A stretch of DNA of 62,375 bases, filler included, from Aduncisulcus paluster (lineage: Eukaryota): NCBI GenBank assembly GCA_024181965.1. It is 5 parts of 5 records of this genome, joined end to end, with 100 filler letters (N's around TTAATTAATTAA, not from the genome) between each part and the next. Parts side by side here need not be neighbours in the genome. Positions count along the whole stretch, not along the records: positions 46,018 to 57,392 come from BQXS01009967.1; positions 57,493 to 62,375 come from BQXS01009991.1; 3 more parts are not named here. One strand, given 5' to 3'. The notes below the pieces were generated by a model. It saw only the letters and a program-made list of their open reading frames with translations, had not been told where the DNA came from and did no database searches. The translations under genes were made by a program, and so were the position numbers. Numbering within the stretch: the first letter of the stretch is position 1; each line of letters opens with the position of its first letter. This document shows positions 46,473 through 58,225 of the stretch, piece after piece.

Positions 46473-49370
46473 ATGATCTATGATCAGAACAAATCAAGGT
46501 CACTTAACTATATTAATTTGCTTTCAAATTGTAGGGCTTTGAGATATTTCGGTGTGTATTGGTCTTTTTTCAAGTTTTTATTTGGTCGATCTCCGAGATA
46601 CATCACATCAAAGTTGTTGGACAGTGTGAGTGGCAAGCTGACTCCTCGATACATCTTGGAGCAATGTGTTGCACCCATTCCACCTGTGCCATGTGCATCC
46701 ACACTGCTCGCTCGTGTGAAGATGCTTGAGTGTCTCGCTCGTGATGTTGCGCCATGTGTGAGTGCTTCCAATATTGCATGTGCCATTTCTCGTGGACATG
46801 ACTGTGTGAGGAATGTTGTGCCTTTTCTGTCTCTCATCATCACAAGCGATGCCAAAGCATGTTCTACGCCTGCTTCATTGCTGTCCGAGAGTGAGCATGT
46901 TTCTGAAGGTCTTTGTGCATGCTTGCGTCTGTATGCTTCCAGTGCCAAACGTTTCCAATCTGCTGTCGTGAAGTTCAATGCACTTTGTTCCTCTCTTCAT
47001 GTTGACATTCGTGACCTTGAGGATGAGTCTTGGAGTGACCGAGTTGCTTCCATATGTCCATCGTGGGACTCTCTTCTGGATGCTCTGAATGGTGTCAGTG
47101 TTGATGTTCATGCTCATGTTGATGGTGTTGAAAAAGATAGAAATAGAAATGGTGATGGAGAAGGTGAAGAGAGTGAAGAGGGTGAGGATGAATTGGATGG
47201 ACATTTTACTTCTTTGAGTTCTATTAGTGCTCTATGTTCTTCTGTGCTTTCTTTCCATTCCTCCTCCTCCTCTTCTTCTTCTTCCTCATCCTCCTCATCC
47301 TCTGATGATTGTGCCTATGATGATGATGATGACAATAGATCAAAAGTTGCATGTTCATCGTTGACATCTCAGGATCAATCATCTTTTGATGCAAGAGTTA
47401 GTGCCACTCTTCGTTCTAAACTGTCCTCAATGTCCACCTCGAATATCGATATTCTACACTCCAAATTCTCTGACTCTGTGTCCTCATTACACACATGTCA
47501 AACCAAACTGTGTGAGCTCATCAGCTCTCATGTTGTGAAATGCGTGTCTCAAGGATCCGTGTCAGATTCCAAGCTGGCGACTCTTCGGTGCCGTGTTGAA
47601 GGGAAGAAATATGATGATGATAGTGCTTCTGCTGCTACCGTTAACGATGATATTCAGAGTGGCAGTCTTGTCGATGCCGAGGAGCATGTTCAAGAACAGT
47701 GTATGTATGAAAACACTGCCCTGAATGATCTGTCCAAACTGTTATCCCTCGATGGCGAATTCATGTATTCTTGCGAGTCCCTTGAATCGATTGTGGAACA
47801 GACTATCTCGGCTGTATGTTCATTGCTTGACGTGATATGCATGTATCTTGGCATTGTGTGTGAGCTGCATGAAGCTTTGTGTTGCTGTGTTGTGCGTGTT
47901 CATGAACTTATGGGATATCTGCCCAGTGTTCGTGAGATTGAGCATAGTGATACTGAGTTGAAGACCATTCGAGGAGAGATGGTGGAATTGAAGAAATTGA
48001 TGAAAAAGAACAAGATTAAGAAAAGGGGGACTGAAGAAGATCTTTCCTCACTCAAGGAACGTTTGTCTCGTATTGTACGTTCAAAGTCAACAACATCATC
48101 GTCTTCTTCTTCTTCTTCTGATTCTTCCTCATCTTCGCACACAGGTGGCATCCTTTTCTCCTCCTTTGCAGCATTTGACAATGTGGATGATGATGATGAT
48201 GATGGAGATGGCATTGCAGATACTGATGGTGACCGTGCAAGCTCATCTCGTATCCTTGAAGTAGAACAAAAGTGTCTGAAGTTTGATAAGAATATCTCTG
48301 GGATTCGGAACGAGATGAACAAACGGTTTATGCGCTGTATGACATTGCAACGACATGCCACTCGATTGGCTTTGGTCGGGTTCTCCATCCCTGCGCTTCT
48401 TGATGTATCTACAATCTCTCAATCCATTGAGGCAAGTTCGAGCATTCCTTTCTGCGATTCTGTTCCTCTTTTGTTCAGCACAAGTGTTGCTCTTGGGATG
48501 TTCCATGGTATTCGTGAACTGAAGAGTGGATGTTCCTCATCGATAGACAACGAGACAGATCATACTTCTGGTGCATTCCGTAACGAAGGAAATGTATTCA
48601 TTGCTTTCTGGGATCGGATAATATCGGGAACAACAGAATTTAAAGAGGAATCTTGCTCCTCTGAGAAGGTTGTTCTGAAATTCATTGATCTTCCAACTCC
48701 CTTGGACACATCATCATCATCCACTGATGTTGTCTCAACTTCACCCTTCAGGACACTGCTTCGGTCTGCCATCTCTGCTCGTGCTTGTGGAAAGTGTCCC
48801 TTCATCGTGCCTCTGCTATGTGCTTTCCATGATGAGCATGTTCACAATACTTCCAAGAGTGGTGCTTATTTGGTATTCCCACATTATTCTCGTGGTGACA
48901 TGATGACATGGATCCGTTCTTCACTTCCAAGTCTGTCCAGTGTACGTCAAGTGTTGAAATGTGTTCTGCATGCATTGTCATTCTTGCATGAACATGACAT
49001 TGTGCACTGTGATCTGAAACCTCAGAATGTGTTGATCGACGATAAGGGCAATGGTCTTCTGTGTGACTTCGAGGGAGCTGTCGATTGTGGCGAGCGTACT
49101 ATTGGACTGTTCAGTCAAACGATGCGAATCGGGACTCGAACATTCATTGCGCCTGAAATTGAGTTTGCCCTTAGACAGCATCGCCATCCACACCCTTCTC
49201 CTGCGAGTGATATGTTCTCATTCGGTATTCTTGTCCGTGATGTGTTCGATGCACTGAAGGATGTGTCCATGCCTGAGGAAGTGTGTTCCATATGTGATGC
49301 GTGTGCCAGTCCATCACCACAGGACAGACCTTCAGCCATGCAGATTCTTGCCGAGAAATGGTTCTTGTGA
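46473..49370 (+). CDS. Ser/Thr protein kinase with a long Ser/Cys-rich N-terminal region
   Basis: VVLK, HCDLKPQN, CDFEG, GTRTFIAPE and SDMFSFG motifs. Confidence 0.88.
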   Translation: MIYDQNKSRSLNYINLLSNCRALRYFGVYWSFFKFLFGRSPRYITSKLLDSVSGKLTPRYILEQCVAPIPPVPCASTLLARVKMLECLARDVAPCVSASNIACAISRGHDCVRNVVPFLSLIITSDAKACSTPASLLSESEHVSEGLCACLRLYASSAKRFQSAVVKFNALCSSLHVDIRDLEDESWSDRVASICPSWDSLLDALNGVSVDVHAHVDGVEKDRNRNGDGEGEESEEGEDELDGHFTSLSSISALCSSVLSFHSSSSSSSSSSSSSSSDDCAYDDDDDNRSKVACSSLTSQDQSSFDARVSATLRSKLSSMSTSNIDILHSKFSDSVSSLHTCQTKLCELISSHVVKCVSQGSVSDSKLATLRCRVEGKKYDDDSASAATVNDDIQSGSLVDAEEHVQEQCMYENTALNDLSKLLSLDGEFMYSCESLESIVEQTISAVCSLLDVICMYLGIVCELHEALCCCVVRVHELMGYLPSVREIEHSDTELKTIRGEMVELKKLMKKNKIKKRGTEEDLSSLKERLSRIVRSKSTTSSSSSSSSDSSSSSHTGGILFSSFAAFDNVDDDDDDGDGIADTDGDRASSSRILEVEQKCLKFDKNISGIRNEMNKRFMRCMTLQRHATRLALVGFSIPALLDVSTISQSIEASSSIPFCDSVPLLFSTSVALGMFHGIRELKSGCSSSIDNETDHTSGAFRNEGNVFIAFWDRIISGTTEFKEESCSSEKVVLKFIDLPTPLDTSSSSTDVVSTSPFRTLLRSAISARACGKCPFIVPLLCAFHDEHVHNTSKSGAYLVFPHYSRGDMMTWIRSSLPSLSSVRQVLKCVLHALSFLHEHDIVHCDLKPQNVLIDDKGNGLLCDFEGAVDCGERTIGLFSQTMRIGTRTFIAPEIEFALRQHRHPHPSPASDMFSFGILVRDVFDALKDVSMPEEVCSICDACASPSPQDRPSAMQILAEKWFL

Positions 49371-49835
49371 GAGAGAATACTATTCTCAGCATAGCAATCC
49401 ACAAACGTGTGATTCAATCACCAATTGTGATCGTGTTGATTTTGATTGTGTGTGTTTTAAGTTACTAACTTATATAAGTTCCCAATCAATGTGTTTATTG
49501 AGTGTAATTCATCAGATGTATATTTCTAAATTATGTGTAATGGTCTTGTCGTTCAGGAATGGAAACTGGACGGCATTGATGGTGTTGAATAGCTTCTATA
49601 TTGCTTCAATGGAGTCTTGCTACCATTGTCCTGGAGTTTATGGTAAAAAAAAGTAAAGGTAAACGTAAATCCCCGCTCTCTGGATATGATTCATTATGAT
49701 ATGAGCTCATTATGAACATCAGGGATATTATATCCCTAATAGGGACCCTATCTGATAATGTTGTGAAATTAGTGATTTCAAATAGCATTCTCTCATTGAT
49801 ATAATTGATGAATCATTCATCATACACACTTTCAT

Positions 49836-52800
49836 TTATAAAATACTCCCTGTATCTTCGTCATTCTTCTTTAGCCGATGTTCAATGATAGATTTGATCG
49901 ATGGACATTTGATTCCATCTCCAAACACTGGAAGATAGCGTTTGATGGACTGAACTTTCAATCTGGCATCATGAATGGTCATCCGATCTTCAGGATCTAT
50001 CATAACCAACATATTGTAAACCTCTTTCAAACACTCAAACACCTTCTTCCCATACGCCGTTTTCTTGAGATTTAGGAACATTGGACAATGATCAATTCCA
50101 GGAATCATTGGATCTCTCGCACCCAACACCTCCATAAGACACAAATGAATAGCCGTTGAATCGTTACCAGCACTGCGGAAGATGGGCATCCCCAAGAATG
50201 GAGGAGAACCATTGAACAGAGCAAATATTGTCATCCCCAAGGAATAAGCATCGCTGCTCTCATCATGATGTCCCTCCAAGGCCTCTGGTGCATTGTACAC
50301 AAGGGTTCCACATACAGTTTTGTTCATCTCTGCCCCTGCTTTCGCATCCTTCGATGATAAATGATGATGATGATGTGATGGAATATTGAGCTGATGTGAT
50401 GGAACCAGAGGACTTCGAGAGTGAATTCTGAAGCTTGGCTAACCCAAGATCACCGAGAACAACTTTGCACTCGTCAGTCTCTGGATTAATGCGAACAAGG
50501 AAATTTTCGGGTTTGATATCACGATGAGTAAACTTTCGTTTTTTAACATGCATTGCTGTAAAGATATCATCAAGACACTCGATCGTGGCAACACAGATAG
50601 AACCCATCCGCAATGGATCATATGAACTTAGAATGGCTCTATCATCGGGACCACCGGAATCACTCGAACTTGAACTTGAACTTGAACTCGAGCTATCGCT
50701 ATCGCTATCTTCTGACTCATCACCACTTTCTCCACTTCCATCCTTTCCAGCGACACACCATTCCCTTGCAAACTCGGATATATTCCCACCACGACAAAAC
50801 TCCATTGAAAACCCGAACACACCAGTGAACGAATCATCAAGAAAGTTGAAGATATACTCTGGCTTTGGAATCCGTTCTGAACATTGTTCATACAACTTTC
50901 TCAGAGTCGAAAACTCTTTCTTACATTCCTTGATCAGTTTTTTATCGGCTTGACGAAGCATTTTCTTAAAGATACACGGTTCTTGAACATCAGGAATCTC
51001 CACAAGAAGAACTTCACCGAACCCACCTTGTCCAATGATGCACAATGGTTCAATTCCTTGAGGATCATCCAATGTGTACTGCTTCGAGGATTTTGGAAGC
51101 TTTGGGGGGTTCACAGATAATGCAGGTTCCAATGGAAAGGGAATTGGAGAATCCGATAGATCTATTGGATCCTCTGGAGGTTTTGGGACTTCTGAGGAGT
51201 CTGAAGGTTCTAATGGTTCTGAAGCATCTGACATTTGTTCCAATGGATTTGGAACATTTGGGAGTATAATATGGTCTGATAGATTTGAATGCTCTGAATA
51301 GATTGGGGAGTCAGGGGGGGTTGAATGTTTTGAGGATTCCGAGGAATCAATTGGTTCTGAAGGTTCAATGGGTTCCAATGAATCGGAGGGTTCAATAGGT
51401 TTTGGACTTTCTGATGGTTCTGAAGGCTCCCAATGTTTTGAACTTTCTGAAGGTTCTGAGGGTTCTGAGATTTGAATATCCGTTTTTGAAGGTGTTATGT
51501 AAGGTAATCCCGAGGATAACATGGAAGTTGTGGACCTATTGGTCTTTGAGAAGCCATTTCCATTTCTATGATCCTTAACTAAACATAGAATTAGTAACAA
51601 TAAGAACAAAAATAACCATCCACCACTGATTCCTAAGAAAATGTACATTCCTTTAATGTCAGTGGTTAGCCAAAGCGCAATTACAAAGAATGTGCAAGCC
51701 AGTGAAAGAAAATTTAGTAACAGGAGAATGGGTGGATATTTCTCTGAGTAGACACGCCAGCCACACACCATCAGAATAAAACAAACCCAAGATAGACAAA
51801 GCAATCCAAGAAAAATATATTCAAAATAATTTGGGTATGGAACTGTGCTATAACCAAGGTAGTACATATTAGTTCCCATAGAAATACCATAGAAAAGTGG
51901 CCAAACGAAAGCACAAATTGGAGTTATCGCAGTGAGGAAAAAATTCTCTCCAAATAAGTCAACAAGAGAGTCTTCTCCTTTCAAGGCACAAGAGATTCCA
52001 ATGACCAACAAAATGGTGAAGAAGCTTGCAAAAATGATATTGTTCACAATTTCTCTTCCGGTTCCGAAAAAAGAACTTGAAGGATTGGATATATTGACAA
52101 GAATATTGCATATACAAAGCAAGATAAATCCCAGGTTAAAGAAAATGAACAACGGAGAGCCAAATGAATTCCAGTCGATTGAAGATGAAGAATGGATACG
52201 AATGCACCAAATAAATGAATTCATTCCAAAAAATATGCCGAGCAAAGTGTATGTCGCAATGACTGTAGCGGCACATCTGTCTTTGAGGACTCGCTTAAAA
52301 TACAGACATAAATAGGATAGAATTAAGAATAAAACCATGAAAAACCATCCAATGTTACGATGGTCCCACTCGTCCCAGAGCTTTGAGGACCATATCTGAA
52401 AGAAAACAGTGATCAAAAGGAGACCAATCGACATCCCGATGTAAATCTCCAACATTCCCCGATCATCACCTCCAGAACTTCTTGCATTACGAATATAGCC
52501 ATCCCCGGCCACAATACAAAGAGCAATAATTATGTTTACAATAAAAACAGCTGAAAATAGAATTTCTTCTTCCACAAATGTATCTTTGAGTATGACCACT
52601 ATAATAACCACCCAGATCATAATAGGAATTAATATCAAGGCGAAGTTCAAAGTCCATGCGGGTAAGGTGTTGAATCCCAATATTAAGAAACTACCAGCAA
52701 CGAGGGGTGTCCCATCACTTTGCTTATAGTTCACCTTATTGTAAACAATCACAATAAATGACAGAACAAACCCAACACAAGCAACTGCAATGCCAAAACC

Positions 52801-53394
52801 TGCCCAAATACAGTAATCTCCACGATCAGAACAATTATGGATGTAATACCAGAGAAACATAGAAAATAGCATTCCATCAAAATAATAGAATATGGCAACA
52901 GCGATTAAATCTTCCAAAACAACTAAACAATAGAACATAATGAGTCCAATCAAAATAATAAGCCATCCAAAACCTTTCTTTATCACAAGTTTACCGTCAG
53001 AATTGTTGAGATGGATGCTGGGAGAAAGATTACTCTCACCTGGTTTGTTCTTGGGATTATCGGACGATTTAGAACTTATTTCATCAATATTATATGCAAC
53101 AGGTTGATTATTATCTAAAGAATGTGCAATGTCCTTGTCATATTGAGGATTTAAATTCGGATCCTCCAAAGGATGTATTCCTCGAGGGTGTGCCCTTCGA
53201 TGCTGCAATTCTGATGAATTATAATGGAAATTGTCATATAAATGGGACTTATCGAACATATGATTCGAATCCACAATAGAACGGGCAGCTGTTGCATAAG
53301 AAAAATTGGCAAAGACAAAGAAGATAAAAAGGACAATAATACAATAATTCCACATTTTGATGTGAGAATATTTATGAAAGAGTTTTGAAATCAT
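49836..53394 (-). CDS. Multi-pass membrane protein kinase, split by a frameshift near 50350
   Basis: Signal peptide, more than ten hydrophobic segments, EPS repeats, IGQGGFGEV, HRDIKPEN, DLG; then GTLVYNAPE and SDAYSLG in ORF 49836-50327. Confidence 0.88.
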
Positions 53395-53922
53395 CTAGGA
53401 AGTAACGTCACGAACAAAATTAGCTTGGTTGAATCAAAAGTAAAAAATATATTATTATTATAGCCGAAAATAGATACTAGAAATCGATATATTAGATTTT
53501 AATCCCCTTGTTTTTGAATCCTCAAAGTAATTCTGGCAAAAAGTCCATGTCTATCCCATGGAGATATTCCTCCGGTTTAAATCCTTATTATATTCACATA
53601 CGAATTGATGGCCTTCCAAATAATGAAATTAAGAAGTTTTAATATCAAAAATACTTAATTTTTTTGGCTTATGTTATGGACTAGGGCCAGTAGAATAGAG
53701 AAGTTGAATCTCTCTGTTCGCCAATTCAAATTATCATCTAATATCCATCATAAAATTATCTTTGATATATTCTTTATCTTCAAGATGAATCATGACTATT
53801 TGCGACTTTTTTGAAAATGATATTTTTGCCACCACCAAGGAGTTGGATTCTTTTTCAAGAATATTCCATCATTTTTTGATATTTCTCTTTCAAAAATAAC
53901 CTAAATATTTTATTATTCTTTC

Positions 53923-55200
53923 ATGCGCTATTCGGAGTATTACGCTGACAATTTGAAGGTCACCTGTGACCGTGAATGTATATGTTGGACAATATCTACT
54001 TGTGCCCTTGCCGTTTTTGTTCTATTGGGAACTTGTTTTCTCGGTTATTTTAAGCCATTAACTCAACAATATTTCGATAGGGTGGATGACTTTGTTTCAA
54101 CGGTTAAAGCTCTTCCATTGACTTCTTTTGATGAATTTACAACTTCTTTTCAAGAAATTACTATGGATCTCTCCCTTTATGAGTATGATTATCATCTAGA
54201 TTTTTCGGATTTTACTCCTTTCACGAATCAAATTTGTCACATTGATTCTGGCGATATGAAAGTCCTAATTGATCGAGGAATTACTGAAGATGACATGAAA
54301 ACATTTTTTTATTCTTTTTCTCCACTTGATTCTCGGATCTTAGAATATGTTTCCTTTGACGATTCGATAATGCAAATTAAGTTATTTCAGAATTTATCGG
54401 AGTTAAAAAGCAAAGATGTTGAATACATCGAGCGAGACTATTCTGATTCGAACTCTAAATCCTGCGAAAAGGGACAATTACCTTGCCTTGATCAATGTCT
54501 CTCTGCTTCCTTTCCCCAACTCCTTGAAATTGATTTTAATCCCACAGAAGCGAGCTCTGAAGTCACTATGGTGAATGTGATGGGCCAAGATGATGAATCT
54601 TCTCCTTTCACGATGGATCTCTGGCTCTCTTATTCAGAAACCGATTTTTCATGCTCAGGAGTTTCGTATATCCCACTCGATTTACTATCTATTGATATAT
54701 TCGATGCCAATTCATAATGTACTGTCTATATGAGACATTTTGGAGGATCTTTCGGAACCAATGGAACAACCATGGTGAATCTAGGCATTATTTTTGTTGC
54801 TTTGGGATGTTTCATTGCCATTGGCATTGTTGTAGTCTACATTAATTCATATTCTGAATGCTGCAGAGGAGGAATATCATGCCATTTATGTTGTTCGGAA
54901 GAAGAAGAAGACATTCCTGATCTGGAAAATGGTATGAATGATGATGAAATCGTCAAACGTGGAATGTCTATCCCAAATTGCGAAGAAACCCACTCAAAAC
55001 ATGATCCAGCTACGTCGTTTTCACTTGTTAGCGTTGTTCCCGGTGGAGATACATCTTTTGTTGAAAGCGATAAACTTCCACATGATACTGCAAAGGATGA
55101 TGATGTTATTGTTGTTCCAATGGCTGCACCTGAATTTACCGTGCCAACTTCCTCGATTGTTTTATATCCTGACTGTCCAAAACCATCTTCACAAGCATAA
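53923..55200 (+). CDS. Two-TM membrane protein with one in-frame TAA at 54715-54717
   Basis: ORFs 53923-54717 and 54730-55200 are in the same frame with four sense codons between them; one TM segment in each half. Confidence 0.6.
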
Positions 55201-55942
55201 TAATATTGGTTTATATTGTTAAATATAACTATTTCTGTTGATACACCAATTTTTGTTTATTTTTCGTTTGTTTTTCATTATTTTAACTCTATTGTTCTTT
55301 CCCTCTTAAAACATTTGTACATTTTTTGTTGATATTTTCCCATTTGATTTTTGTTTTTTATTCTTTCTATATCCCATTTCTATATCCCCTTTGATTTACC
55401 TATAATATTACCATTCTAACTAAAGCCAACATGTTTAAGCTTTGATGCTAAACTATGATTCTCACCACCAATTCCAATTTCTATTTTTAGCTTTGTTTAT
55501 TAACTCCTTTTCTGACTCGTTACATTAACAGACAAACTGATGCTATCCAAGGTTTTCTTACTTACTCTCAGCCATCAGACAAACGTCTGATCAACCATAA
55601 TACTACCACAAGTCATTGCCATTTCCTCGAGTATCTTTGTTACAAGTAATTTCTATATTTTGTATAAAAAACATGTTAAAAAACTACTAAACAGGTTCTT
55701 ATAATATTTTTGATTATTTTACATTCCTCTTTGAAATTTCTTGCCTTTTAAAATAGACTGAGATCTATTATTCTTCCAAATTAAATAAATATATAATATA
55801 ATGAGATAAATCCAATGAAAATCTGCAAATCTGTAATATGTAATATTGAAGTTCTAAAATTAGAACATCGAATTCTATAAATAGACACGAAATAGAAGAT
55901 GAAAAGGGAATTCAAATTAAGCTATATGATTCATTCGCCTAT

Positions 55943-57391
55943 TCACACTGAAGACGCCCAGATCCGAACGTTCGGTCTGATTGAAAATTTCGAGAAAAAT
56001 GAAGAGTGGATTGAATTATGTAAGAGATTGATTAAAGGAATAAAATTACCATTTTCATTATATTTTGCCATCATATTAGCGATTTTAACGACTACTTTTG
56101 GCGTTTCCAAGTAATTGTAGCAGAGATAAAGGTGAGAAATGGAATGTCCAAGCCCATTAGCAACAATAACGAGATCTTGATCTGTCAAATGACACTCATT
56201 CAATGACAAACTCTTCAATGATCCAAAACATTTGCTCAAATCGAACAGAAGAGAGCCTTTATCGTGAGATGAAAGGTTATTTCCATCCAAAACAAGACGC
56301 TCAACTCCACAATGATGTACCAAAGATGTTACAAAGGGCACAACCGAAGATAAGAGATCACAAGCACTCAGAGTAACACTGTTAAGAGCTCGCAGATGGA
56401 AAAGAGGAGGAAATAGGGAGTGGGCGAGGGAGTTACTCAAATGAATGCCCAAAATAGACAAAGATGTGAGGGATGTAGATGCAAAACTATGAGATAACGA
56501 ATAAGATATCAATAAGGCCTGATATTGAGTCAACGGAATTCCCTCCAACTTTAGATCAACCAGGATATCACATGTCATAATAAAACGACAGATCGAAAAG
56601 AACATATCGTTCGGAATGGTGCGAGAAGAGGAGTGTGTCCTGATTATGATACTCCTCGTGAAGGGAGCAAGAAGGAAAAGAGCCGGTTGAAGACGGTTAA
56701 AACCGGCAATAACATCACCATCGAAACACATATCGATTCCTCTGCCAACCAATGAAGCAGAATGGTCATAAAATCTCTTGAGGGCTTTCTTATTTGAGCT
56801 GTCAATATCTGAGAACAATTCACTGATCAATTCTGGCGTGATCTGATCAGAAATGAGCCTAGAAATGGAACTTGTTGAGGGAGATGCCTGTGAAGAAGGG
56901 GAAGATCCAAGACTATGATTCAAACCTGATCCTTGATGTAATTTCATCGTACTTGGTGATGAGGGAGTCTCAGCAATCCCATGATTATCATCTGAGGAGA
57001 AAGACCTTGAAAACCCATCGGAATCTTCCGCATCTTCACGATGCAAGAGAGTATCTTCTCTGCCCAATGTGGCATCTACATGGATGGGGATTCCCTCCAT
57101 GGCCATTAATTCCTTCTTTCTTCTCTCCGCTTTCTCTTGAGCAATCTCACAACTCTCCTCTGAAATCTCCTCAAGTTTCTTAAGAGCCCCAATCACAAGC
57201 TTGGCATAGTATTTCAGTCCACAGCTATGCAAAGACCTCAGGAGAGAGGTCGTGATTGGATCAGATTTGAGAGGAGAAGGATATTCCTGAGATCCATGAA
57301 AAATGTCAGTTAATAGCTTTGTTCCTTGAACTTGGCGTTGCTCCTGTTTCTTCTGGCCATCATAGGGATAGCCACTGGAATCGTGGAGTAT
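55943..57391 (-). CDS. RNI-like leucine-rich repeat protein, 5' partial
   Basis: LVLDGNNL, LKSLSLNECHL and LYLCYNYL repeats; the frame is open to the gap. Confidence 0.8.
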   Translation of the reverse strand: MLHDSSGYPYDGQKKQEQRQVQGTKLLTDIFHGSQEYPSPLKSDPITTSLLRSLHSCGLKYYAKLVIGALKKLEEISEESCEIAQEKAERRKKELMAMEGIPIHVDATLGREDTLLHREDAEDSDGFSRSFSSDDNHGIAETPSSPSTMKLHQGSGLNHSLGSSPSSQASPSTSSISRLISDQITPELISELFSDIDSSNKKALKRFYDHSASLVGRGIDMCFDGDVIAGFNRLQPALFLLAPFTRSIIIRTHSSSRTIPNDMFFSICRFIMTCDILVDLKLEGIPLTQYQALLISYSLSHSFASTSLTSLSILGIHLSNSLAHSLFPPLFHLRALNSVTLSACDLLSSVVPFVTSLVHHCGVERLVLDGNNLSSHDKGSLLFDLSKCFGSLKSLSLNECHLTDQDLVIVANGLGHSISHLYLCYNYLETPKVVVKIANMMAKYNENGNFIPLINLLHNSIHSSFFSKFSIRPNVRIWASSV

Positions 57392-57392
57392 C

Positions 57393-57492
57393 NNNNNNNN
57401 NNNNNNNNNNNNNNNNNNNNNNNNNNNNNNNNNNNNTTAATTAATTAANNNNNNNNNNNNNNNNNNNNNNNNNNNNNNNNNNNNNNNNNNNN
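57393..57492. other. Artificial contig linker
   Basis: N run with TTAATTAATTAA. Confidence 0.95.
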
Positions 57493-57988
57493 GGATGGAA
57501 CAAATGGTGAATGTCAACTCCTTCATGAATCCATTGTTGACGATCCAATGTATGCATTCACACCTGGTCTGAAGCCTCTGTATGGCCTTGACATGCCTGC
57601 TGAAGCCACGTCAGAATCTGTGTTCGATAGAGTCATTGAAGGAGGGGTGAATGGGGCAGGATGGAAACAATTCCACCGTGGTGTTGGTGCTGAGACTGCA
57701 CGTGATGGTTTCTTCATCAAATCAATGTTTGAAAAGAAGAAAGAATACATCGACATTACTGGTTTATCTGAGGGTAATCTCGGACGATTCGTGTGCAAAG
57801 GTGAGTTCGGTGATGTTGATTACGACACAATCAAGCACATGGAGGATGGGAGTGTACCTGGTGGATGGTTCTGTCAGAGTGGATGGGGAGATGGCTGTTA
57901 CCCAGCTTTTCTCGTGAGGGATGATGATGGGAATGCCATTGCTATTCGGATAATATTTATTGCTGAACATGGCGAAGAGGAAGAATAA
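57493..57988 (+). CDS. DUF4241-like protein, 5' partial
   Basis: C-terminal SGWGDGCYPAFLVRDDDGNAIAIRIIF matches the DUF4241 SGWGDG-x-YP pattern. Confidence 0.6.
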
Positions 57989-58225
57989 CCTTGAGTTTCG
58001 TTTTTGCCCAAGTGGAGTTGAATCCACTGCTTCCAGGCTTGTATGCAGTCTATCTTTGATTCATATAGTATTGTATAGAACAGGATATGGAGGATCGTTC
58101 AACCTCATTCAAAGCCATGGAAAATAACTAATTCATATAATAGGTTTAAAAAAAATCGAAAATATTCTTCAAAATATAGATACTATAAAATAAAATAACA
58201 TTGTTAATCATGATGTGAAAAGCTA

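Noticed and set aside
25375-57492. Recurrent TTAATTAATTAA motif, and synteny between the TE region and host genes
   Set aside because: These are artificial linkers; neighbourhood across them has no biological meaning.
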